A DNA stretch of 62,790 nt, counting the filler, from Sphacelaria rigidula (lineage: Eukaryota), in assembly GCA_964200075.2 (NCBI GenBank). It is 8 parts of 8 records of this genome, joined end to end, with 100 filler letters (N's around TTAATTAATTAA, not from the genome) between each part and the next. Parts side by side here need not be neighbours in the genome. Positions count along the whole stretch, not along the records: positions 23,587 to 31,347 come from CAXNAA020013538.1; positions 31,448 to 39,208 come from CAXNAA020013539.1; 6 more parts are not named here. One strand, 5' to 3'. The notes beneath the pieces are model-generated. The model was not told the origin of the DNA. It was given only the letters and a program-made list of their open reading frames with translations, and ran no database searches. Numbering within the stretch: position 1 is the first letter of the stretch; each line of letters opens with the position of its first letter. The position numbers and the translations under genes were made by a program. Below are positions 23,629 through 34,400 of this stretch, one piece after another.

Positions 23629-26600
23629 TTGGTTGTCTCTTGAACCGTCATTCTACATGCCGCAGAAGCTGAAGCCCCAATTTCGGTTCCAGAGACTCAG
23701 GGATACGGACGAGGACACAATAGTACATCACACCGTTGCCACGTTGACGTCTGCCTTGCCCAGAGTAGCGAGAAATGCAGGAGTACAACGAGTGATCGGG
23801 GGTTGAAAAAATCGCTTTCGGTGTTCGAACGGGTGCGATCTCTTGTTTTATTTGGCATACAATATACACATGGGATTGAGGGACTCGGATATGGGAATTT
23901 GATACCGAGCGACGCACAACACTTGGGGCAAATGGGGTACAGCATCAACCCATTACATGTGGGATACTGTGGGTCATTTATAGGCACATATGACGTCTTG
24001 AAGAGATGAGACATATCCCTTTACATGATACTCAGTATTTGAAGAAATCATCTTCAGTTACCGCACAGCCCCGTGGTCCATCGTCGCGGCTCAGACCCGC
24101 TGTCAACGGTAGATATCGCCTTCTTGTCTTGATTCAGATGTTCACGATATCTACTCAATGTCGCAGTATCACAGCCCCGCTGAAACTTGACAAATGCATG
24201 CAGTAGTACAGTATTGAAAAGTGACCATCTTCAGTGGACTTCTGATCTTCATTCAATAGAGATGATCTTCAAAGTAATCTTCGTCTTTAGTCGTCATCCA
24301 TGTCTGTCGCCGATGATGAGGCTCATGTCAGATTTGATGAATGGATCAGGACATGTCAGTGAAAGCACACCCTGTCTGACTCAGTAGTACACTGTCCCCA
24401 CCCGATCCTCAGCCCGAATTGTCTGTCTTTGCACTGTACCATTTCGCTACAAATATCTACCTTATTTCCTGTCGTCCCGGTTACTAACACTTCAGGAGCT
24501 GCGACAACTCAAATCGGAGATAGAACATATCCAACGACTACTCGAAAAGGCGCGGTGAGTTCGGGGGAAGGTACCGGTGACATTAACATCCAAATATCGT
24601 ACTCTGGTATCCGTTCTAGTTTGAGCGGGGTACCTGGAGCTGCGTTCACGGTAGTGTTGGCCCCGAGCACATTGGGGCAATACAGCGTTCCTTTTGTCCT
24701 ACCAATGTGCAAAGATGCAGGAGGCCAACCTCGGAGCAAAGTCTTACCGGAGAATGCAAGCTTTATCCCATTCTGTGCTGCTCTGCCTTGCTTTTTCGCA
24801 GCGCTTCCGCGTTGGTGAGACATGTGACCCGGGTGATGCCGCGATTACCCCCGCGGAGAAGTGGCTGATTTGAGGAGGCAATATATATATACATGTTAAT
24901 CAAATGAAAAGAGACGAGTGCACCGAGCGGCCGGGAACTCCCACGCAAGGGATCGTTTTCGCCAATGCCGGCCACATGAGGCGCTTCATGCAATCTGAAA
25001 CCAGCTATCATGCGTTGTACGGTCGATCTCTTTGTCACAGTGACTTTGGGTCTAACGCGGGGGGTGAGGGGAGGAGGGAACTGTCGCGGCATCACTCATC
25101 CTTTAATTGAAACGTCTGACCCCACCCTCCCTTCCCGACAGGGCGAAGATGCAAACCGATTTCCAGGTGTGGTACGAGGCAGTTGTCGACGCCACTGATA
25201 CAGCAGCGGAAACTCGAAACACAGATCGCGGTGAAACGACAACACCCGTGGGTCGCAGCATTCTTCCAGCTCCACATTCTTCCGTGTCGGCTTATTCGTC
25301 GGCCCGCCCACCGGGGGCACGCCATCAAAAGTCCTCGGTACGTGCTCGTTCGGGTCCAGCAGAACGTCAATGTTACCACACTTCGCGATTTGCCGACTAG
25401 CCTTCTTGGGGATGGGCATGCGAAGTAAAGACCACTACAAAGACAGTTGAGATGTGTGCGTGTCGGCAATTCCCTGCACTTGCTCATGTTTTTCGGTGTT
25501 GGATCATGACGATAGGATATAGGGTTTACCGTCGAAAATAGGTGTTCACGCGCCGCCTGGGGACACGTCCACAGGTTTCTGCCCCCAGCCCTGTCGCGCA
25601 GAGCTCTAGACATTTGAGGGAAAATATGGGCAACAACACGGTTTCTTTCAACCCCCTGTCGATGTGTCAGAACTACCAACTCAACCTTACGAAAAGGCTG
25701 GGCAGCGGCTGATGATGTACATCTGGCGTGAACTGGTACCATCAACGTGCCTGTGCTGTGAAATATTACGTGCGCCTTAATCCTTTGTTTGTGATACATA
25801 TACTACGCTTTAGCCATTGCCAAACGCTTTTTTAGCTCGCGCTGACACGCGGGGGGGGGGGGCTTGTACAGCTTGGGAAACTCTAGGATTTAGCAGCCAC
25901 AATGGACCGTGGGGATGACGCCCTTCGCTGCTGGTTTCCATTTTTGTCGTACTTTGAACTCCGCCCCCTCCTGCCCGAGACGTGTCTGCGGCCCCAAGGA
26001 ATCAACTTCTCGCTTCCCTGGTACTAGCCTTGCGCATTGCTGCTGAGCGATGTATCAGCCTTCCCGCAATCCGTGAGATACTCATGGACTGTGTGACATT
26101 TTGGCCACGTCTTATGATCACGCTTTTAGATGACGGAAATCACGAACAAGCCTGCATATATTGGGACTTGAAACGGTAAAAATACACCCGAACTAGTGCT
26201 GATGTGCCAATCTGATCACCGGGGTATCTCGATACCATTTGGTCAATCGACCGTCCTTTGAAGCGACAACCCCCGAATGCCTATTTCCGCTACCTTCGGC
26301 GGCACCTCGACAGGGACCTCCCTCCGTCAGCCGCGGGGCACCGTCGTGGCTCGCACTGTGCATTGTGTACTCTGCTCGCCCAGCCAGAATCACCTCAGAC
26401 ATAATCCCTTTTTAATCTACATGGATTTATAACCTACGCGATCTTTTTCGCACGAAAAGCGGCCATGAATACGACGCAGAATACCCTTACCTAGTGCCGC
26501 CATCACGCACTCATTGCCCCGCTGCTGCCGCTCAGAATGACCGAATCGGTGGTGTGCCCAACTACCGTCCCCGTCGTGGACACGAGGGACAGCCACGAGA

Positions 26601-28243
26601 GGGGTCAGTGGCTACTACCGCAACGGAAGGGAGTGACGTAGGCAGCCGGACTGACGTTTGTGACACCCCAGACAGGAGACCTCGACCTCCCGTGGACGCT
26701 TGGGGAACTCCGCCCAATTCGTCGGATAAAAACATGGGAGACGGACGCGGGGCAGGAGGGGCAGGAGGAGGGGTCACTGGCGGGCTATTACCATCGCTCA
26801 CAGGTGAGAAGAATTCACGGGGTGCCGAGGCAGCCCGCAAAGTACAGCTTGAGAGTGGTACGAATATGCAAATATATGGTCGTGGGAAAGCTGCGTTGTC
26901 TTGCGGTGCTGACGAGACGGCCGCGTCTCCCTCTTCACGGAAGGAAAGGATGAAATGTTACGTCTACCTTTTGAACAAAAAACGCAGAATACCTTCCAGG
27001 AATTGGTCACGGGGTGGTCCTCGCGAAAAAAAAGAACCAGGCCTGTCTCCGGGAAAATCGCTTGATCAGCACCAACGTGCACCGGAAGAGCCAGGCTTTC
27101 TGCCTCCTCGCTACCGCGCTGGAGTGCGCTTTTTCTTTTTTCTTTTTTTTTCTCTCGCACTTTTAGTCTCTCCCCTTCCTCGGAATGAGTCCGTGGTCTC
27201 AAGGGATCAGCCCATCTCTCCCCCGGTACTGCGGGCTCTAATCTGGCATTCGGGCACTTGATCATATCATTCCGTTCTAACATCCCCAGAGACAGCCTGC
27301 TTGCTGGCGGAAGTTGGGAAACGGTTTGGTACCAAAAACATCGATGATTTTTCTAAATTGTTTTGATTTTGATGGGCGCGTTGTTGACGCCAGGGAGAGA
27401 GTCGCGATGCTTGCCTCGACAACCAACTCCCCATTGTTCGTAGGTTATGGGCACATAAACGTTGGGGCCGGGGGGTACACTTTACAGCATATATGTTGGG
27501 AGGGGGGCATCCCTGCAGTAATGTACGGGGTTTCCGAGCTCTTGGGAAGATACGTACCTTGGGTTCGTCACTCGATGTTTGAGAGATAGGAGCTCAAACT
27601 TCGAGAAGAGGAGATGATAAACCATTTCAATAATACCCCTCTTGCCCCAGCTTTCCTTTTGTTTATTTCGGAGAGAAAAAGGCGGATATGTTTTCCATTT
27701 CATCAGCCAAGCAGGCGTAATTGACGGGGGAGACAACCGCAATTCAAGAGGCCTTCGAATGATTGCTTTGCTTCTCTCCTGAAAAAATCAGACCCTAAAC
27801 TCTCAAACCTCGAGTGGCTGTTCTTTGGACACCCCCTTTGTACTTCTCTCCTTTACAGGGACTAACCTGTAACGTCTGCCAAAAGGCACAATTGTCCGTC
27901 AAAGTGCTATACGCTTACCAGGGTCTTTGACTCACACAGTATTGTCGATGAGAATTGGTTCGTCGCCCTCGACTCGTTGCAGGGCGAAAAACGGCATGGT
28001 GTCTAGATGAAGAAGATATCACGCCGATCGTACGTTGTCGAGGACAGATGTTCGAATACTCTTCTACGCACACTCAAGATGCACTCTCTCTGTGCACGAT
28101 TGCCACCGCCATGCTCAGTATGTCACGTCCTGAAACGTTTGTCGCTCCTACCAACTAGACCGCTACATGACCCAACTTCCCATGGTTACTCACTGGTGTA
28201 CTCGTTTCCCTTGCCTGCCCTTGCTTCTTTTTGGCGGGACAAG

Positions 28244-28329
28244 GGAACAAAGAGGCTGACGAGGACATCACGGCATTCTACCGCGCCAAGGAGGAGCTCG
28301 AGCGTCGAAAGAGCGCGGCAGGGAAGTAA
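28244..28329 (+). CDS. Terminal coding exon, probably kinesin-9 (KIF6-like) C-terminus
   Basis: Polypyrimidine tract plus AAG acceptor, GC3-rich codons, reads (G)NKEADEDITAFYRAKEELERRKSAAGK*. It resembles, from memory, the KIF6 C-terminal TGxxxxDxDIxAFxxA motif. Confidence 0.55.
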
Positions 28330-28645
28330 TGCCCACCGTGAGACACATCGTACTGCGGGAGAATCCTTGCTTCCCACCGGCGTTTACATCAAACTGGAGT
28401 ACTCCTGGAAGTATGGGGTAGATGAGGATTGGATACACACGTTCACGAGGTTTTGGGCCGTGGTGCGGGGGGCAGTTAACCCCCGCCCGATCACCAAATT
28501 GGTGCGTTTGGAAATCCGTGTGCAGGATTGACTCGTCTTCGCATTGCTTGTTTTAGTGCTGTGGTTGCTTACCGCGAGCAAAATATCCGGGGTAAGACTT
28601 TCGTCACGATCGGCCGAGTCACGGGATAGCTTATGGAGGAATGAA

Positions 28646-28685
<40 letters not shown>
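28646..28685 (+). repeat. (TG)n microsatellite
   Basis: Direct reading of the tract. Confidence 0.95.
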
Positions 28686-28687
<2 letters not shown>

Positions 28688-29561
28688 CTGGCGGTCTGCA
28701 TACACGAATTGGACCATTACCTTTGTGATGCTGCTCGCATAGACCCGCGATGATAATCTGTACACAGGCCGTTTTGAGGGCTGGGCAGATCCCATGTGGA
28801 TGATGCAAGCGATCTAAAGGGGACGCATCAGTCGTGGACAAGCAGGAGAAGATCACAACCGTAGTTGAGTCCTTGTCATTATGGGTCATACACGTTGTGT
28901 GGATCACAATATTTCACTACCCAAATGTACGCTAGGCTTCACCCGCGATAATACACTGGCAAAACATTGTTTGTGATACCGAACTCTCGACATCAACCAC
29001 TGAGATCTAAGGGATGCCGACACCACACTAAAATCAAGCGGTCATCCATTTCGTGCTGGTAATTAGGAGTATGATCAACCACATTGTATCCAAGCGACAC
29101 CGCACGGTATCCTATATTCGTTTCTTACATCCCACAATCACAGGTCTTGTAGGGTAGTTTAGACCAAATACTGAAGGATAAGTCCACGCACTTGAGAGCA
29201 CATACATAACATTCGTCCGTGGAAACCCGCCGGAGATGAACTGGGTCTGTCCCCCACAAAAACACTCACATCGCGATCAACATGTTAACGTTTGGGAACC
29301 TATATGCTCGTAGGTGATATCTTCTTGCAGTTCTAACTCTTCAGGAAGCAATACCCAAGCGACCGTGTGTCAACCGGGATCCAAATAGGCAACCGTGCGC
29401 CAAAACTAAAGTACGTCACTCAAGGAACGCGATCGGCCAGGACATGGATATCGAATAGTATGCGTACTTCTACATGAGCGCAGTAGCCAGGATTTGAGTC
29501 GACGGCGTACTCCTGGGCGTACTAAGCATTCTGCGATTCGTTTTATTCCTTTTTACACTGT

Positions 29562-29811
29562 GGACTGCTGCCGAGATAGCCCCCCCCCGAACCGGCCAAA
29601 AAAGTGCACGAAGGCGATGATCGTAAATGCCGTCAGAGCTGGTTTGGTGCTGCACGACGCGGCTCATTTGGGCATTATAGCTGATTTCGGACTGCTACAC
29701 GCCTCCCGCGTGGGCGAAATTGCTGCAAACGAGCCCAGTAATGAGATCGCAGCCGGTTTGTCGGCCGGTCTCCGGTGCACTTTTTGTGGGGGGGCTATCT
29801 CGGCATTAGTC
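29562..29811. mobile_element. ~250-bp MITE inside a local ~190-bp tandem duplication
   Basis: TIRs GACTGCTGCCGAGATAGCCCCCC / GGGGGGCTATCTCGGCATTAGTC. The empty site CACTGTGGATTATGCCCG is visible at ~30000. Confidence 0.7.
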
Positions 29812-30258
29812 TATGGATTATGCCCGCGATAGATATTGATAGTGAGCAACCGTCAAAAAGACTCGATATGCATAAGAAAGCTCCGGGTATCTTGCGAACT
29901 ACGCTTACTTCTACATAAACGCAGTAGCCAGTATTTTGGTCGACAGCGTACTCCTGGACGTACTAAACATTCTGTGACTTCACGTTGTATTCCGTTTCAC
30001 ACTGTGGATTATGCCCGTGATAGATATTGATAGTGGGCAACCGTCAAAAAGGCTCGATATGCATCAGAAAGCTCCGGGTATTTTGCGAACTGGAAAGGGA
30101 TCTCTCCGAAAAAGTCATTTTTAGCATTCCGGAAACGCTGTCGCTTGGAAAAAGGGCTAGACGGATTGCACTTCGTCGGAATGGCCCGGCTTACTGCTCG
30201 AGACAACGCCGGAATACCATCGCGTCTTCTGGTTGTGGCAAGGATTGTTGTTGAGAAA

Positions 30259-31184
30259 GCCAATAATCACTGAGCTACTCGGTCAGCGCTGACTGAGTAG
30301 CTCAGTGGTTATTGGCTTATCAACAAAAATGGCTAATTTCCGAAGCCCGTTCAGCTGTTAAGCCACAAACTTGGAACTCACCCCAGGGTTGCAACCCCTG
30401 TAGTCAACGCTGCTCACTTGCCCGGAATAATATCCATCGGAATGAACAACCGAAACAACATTCATCGAAAGTCCGCAAGGAGGGTTGTCGGTAATTTTCT
30501 GACCGTGATCAATTGGCGAAGAAAATTTGTGTCACGGGTGAGACTCGTGCTCTGGACGTCAGTTTTTTGTGTACTCAGTGGTCATTGGCGTATCAACAAA
30601 AAGAGCTATTGCCCGAAGCCCGTCTTGCTGTTAAGCCACGAACTTGGATTTCACCCCAGGATTGCAACCCCTATATAATCAACGCTGCTCACTTGCCCGG
30701 AATAATATTCATCGGAATGAACAACCGGAGTAATACCCATCGGAAGCTCGCAAGAAGGGTTATCGACAATTTTCTGATCGCGATCAATTGGCGAAGAAAA
30801 TTGTGTCGCGGGCGAGACTCGTACTCCGGACATCAGCTTTTTTTCGTGTACTCAGGGGTTATTGGCCTATCAACTAAGGCTAATGTCCGGAGTTCGATTC
30901 TCAACCGTGATACAATTTTCTTCGCCAATTAATCACGGTCAGACAATTCTCGATAACCATTCTTGCGGATTTCCGACATAAGTTGTTTCGGTTGTTCATT
31001 CCGAAGGATATTATTCCGGGCAAGTGAGCAGCGTTGATTACAGGGGTTGCAACCCTCGGGTGAAATCCAAGTTCGTGGCTTAAGAGCTGAACGGCTTCGG
31101 ACATTAGCTTTTTCTGTTGATACGCCAATAACCACTGAGCTACTCAGTCAGCGCTGACTGAGTAGCTCAGTGGTTATTGGCGTA
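30259..31184. repeat. Palindrome-capped composite repeat: hairpin, ~275-bp unit x2 plus a partial unit, one inverted unit, hairpin
   Basis: Units start CTCAG(T/G)GGT(T/C)ATTGGC at 30301, 30574 and 30851. An inverted copy spans ~30895-31140. A 58-bp palindrome lies at 30259-30316 and a perfect 64-bp palindrome at 31121-31184. Confidence 0.85.
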
Positions 31185-31447
31185 CTTCCTCTGTGCCATA
31201 AGTAAAGTCCGTTATGGGCTTTTAATTGTTTGTGCATTCAAACTCTTCCGAACATCCCATGGTTGGGTTCGCAGGAAAGATGAAGGGCCAACGAAGCTGA
31301 TGCAAAATAATAAATAAATGAAAGTTAGAGGTCCATACTAAAATGACNNNNNNNNNNNNNNNNNNNNNNNNNNNNNNNNNNNNNNNNNNNNTTAATTAAT
31401 TAANNNNNNNNNNNNNNNNNNNNNNNNNNNNNNNNNNNNNNNNNNNN

Positions 31448-34400
31448 GGAATGTTGCGAGAAGGGTGAGAGTGCCGCTTCTACATGGCTCCGAGTCCTTG
31501 TAATGCGTGAGAGGACCGCGTGCTTGGAGGGCCGTATTGTAGCTCCAAACACCTCAGGATCGACGTTTTCCGAAACCAATCGGGCCAGTCCCTGTAGGGA
31601 CCACGCCCCGGAACCTAACCCCAACACTAACCGTAACTCCAACCCTTACCACATAGAGATGTTCAAGTGCCGATGCGGTCCTCTAAGCGCGCGGTCCTCT
31701 CACGCATTGCACTACCTTGCGGTGCATGTATTGTGCCTAAATTTGACTTTCACAGAGGGGTGATACTACGGGGTGGATGGTGATATTGTCTGCTTTTTTT
31801 AGCACTGTAAGTTGGTATCGACCGTCTACAGAGTTGGGCTCGGCATGATGAAATGATGCAAGCCCGAGAGGTACGACCACAACTCGGACTGGGTAGGCAA
31901 AGAAGGAACCGAAGGGGTACTTCAATGTGTTGTGCTCGCCCCGGAACTTAGTCGGCAACGTGTTGCGCTCCGGTTGTTGCAGAGAAAGAGACGTGCAAAG
32001 ATGACTTCACCTGCCCCAAGGGCTACCTCAACCTCGGCGACAAGGAATGCGAGGGAAAGTGCGACAGGCGTGAATGCTGTGAAGAGGGTAAGTGTGTCGA
32101 TGCACTAGGTCTCGAATTGTGCGCGTGATCGACACTGCATGAACGTGAACTTGGACTCATGGCGCTAGTGCTCACGCTGTCCCAGAGTAGTGTAACTCGG
32201 CCGTGACCGATGCGACACCGCGTTGGAGTCTGCAGGAGGAAGATGTTGTCAAACAACTGATGATAGAAGAAGAAGCGATATGTCACCCGGACATCCCCGG
32301 AGCTTTTGCGCTATCCAATGAATCAGATTTTGCCTCATGATCATTTTGTAGGTTTCAAACGAGTCTGGCGGCGTACCGAGGTGGTTGGGCGAGGAGATGT
32401 TCTGCTGTACGGTATTCGTCGCTTTATACTCCGCAGCATGGACATGAGTCTTTCCAGAAGTGTCCATGTTCGCGAATCCTCAGCTGCAAGTAGCAAAGAC
32501 AATTGGCTCCCCCCTGCCCCACTTGACAGGGGAACCAGAAATCTCGAGGCCGTCCTCAATTCTACAGCACAGCCGCGAAGGTTATCCAGCACCAACGAGA
32601 CTCTGTCGTGGAGTTGGGTGTGATGCGTGGGAGAGGACTGCGTGCCTTTTGGGCCGCATCGCACTAGAAAACAAAATGATCAGGGTCGGGGTTAGGGTCA
32701 GGGTCAGGGTCAGGGTCAGGGTCAGGGTCAGGGTCAGGGTCAGGGTCAGGGTCAGGGTCATGGGCGCGGTCGCTGCAGGGACTGACCCGAGCGTTCTTGC
32801 AAAACTCGACTGTGGGGGGGGGTATTGAACTCCGGTGCGATCCAAGAAGCACGCGGTCCTCCCACGTGCCACCGTTGGGTACGAATATCAGGACAGCAGA
32901 ATAGCTCTAGAACGTGACGTGTTCTGATCTCATTCACCACATACATGCCGCCCTCTGGCCATTGCAGAGAAGAAAACCTGCAAGGACGACTTCATCTGCC
33001 CCAGGGGCTACCTGAACCTCGGCGACAAGGAGTGCAGCCGGGGCAAGTGCGACATGCGGGAATGCTGTGAAGAAGGTGGGTGCGTCAGTGAGCGAGGGCT
33101 CTAATGGTCAGGGGTTGTCGGCATCGCATGGGGGTGCTGACGCGATGAAGGCCGATTATCGACACTCCCTTGTTTCGAAAACATCTGAAATTTTCGGCGC
33201 TGGCAAGATATCTGACGACTCTCGAACGCTTGCCAGGGCCACGGCATTCACACAGAGCACCTCTACGAAGTGCTGCGTTGCAGTTCGAAGGTTTCGTACT
33301 TTTCAAAATTGAGATCCGCAGGAAATCTAATCCGCTTCGCTTTCGTAGGAGTCTGAAAAAGGCAAACCTTCACATATATATCCAAAAATTTCCGAGGTGT
33401 CCGAAAACACAAGGGTCGATAGCGGGCCTAGAACGTGACCCGTGGCGTTACCGCGAACGCTTTCTCAAAAGTAATTTAAGGCTCGGTAGCGAGCGTCATG
33501 ACACAGTGTTGGAGTCACAGGATGTTACCATCCGTTTCCGACCTTTGCGCTCACAAACCGGTAGAAGTATGGGCACGCAGCGACATGGTCGTGTCGCGGG
33601 CTCGTCTCTGGCCCATGTTGCGAGACATACCAGCGCATAAAACCACAACCAAACAGTACATGCCCGCATTGCCGGATCCGCTTAGCTGATCATGTACAAT
33701 TTCCTCGTCGTTGCAGAGAAGAAAACCTGCAAGGACGACTACACCTGCCCTGAGGGCTACCTGAACCTCGGCGACAAGGAATGCAGCAGGGGCAAGTGCG
33801 ATAGGCGCGAATGTTGCGAAAAGGGTGAGTTTCTCCCGAGGCACGACTTCGAGGTCCGACGCGAGTACAACTACGCACACCCGAAAAGAGCTGCGCAGTC
33901 AGATCATCGTACTGTCACGTTGTTCCAAATTGTTGGCATGGGCAGATCGCGCGCACAGTGGTACAGTATCTGATCTTGGCATCTGAGCCCTGATCTGAGT
34001 GAGAATATTGTTTGTCACTGCAGAGAAAGAGACGTGCAAGGAGGACTTCACCTGCCCCAGGGGCTACCTGAACCTCGGCGAGAAGGAGTGCAGCGGCAAG
34101 TGCGATAGGCGCGAATGCTGCGAGAAAGGTGAGAGTATCGCTTCACCATAGGCTCTCGTCGTCCATGATAGTAGATGCGACTTTGGAGAGCGAGTAGGAC
34201 GTTCGCAGAGGCAACATGTTCTGCAAATGACATGACTCGGTATCAAATCAACCCCATGGCGTGTGTTTAGACTCAATGGGATAAAGGTGTAGAATACCTA
34301 CCGCGGTGTTCAGCATTGGCCGGGTCGGGCGCGTTTTTTTTGCTGATGTTGAGATAGCAGATTGCGTCGAGAGTGCCGCTAGACTACAATCCTGGATACC

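Noticed and set aside
25000-27750. Possible decayed LINE and the 235-aa and 255-aa ORFs
   Set aside because: There are only vague knuckle-like residues. No recognisable endonuclease or RT motifs were found, and the ORFs have low-complexity composition.
28384-28907. THTHTH / CVCVCV ORFs
   Set aside because: They are translations of the (TG)n microsatellite.
32460-32872. VRVRVR / DPDPDP / TLTLTL ORFs
   Set aside because: They are translations of the hexamer array inside an intronic MITE.
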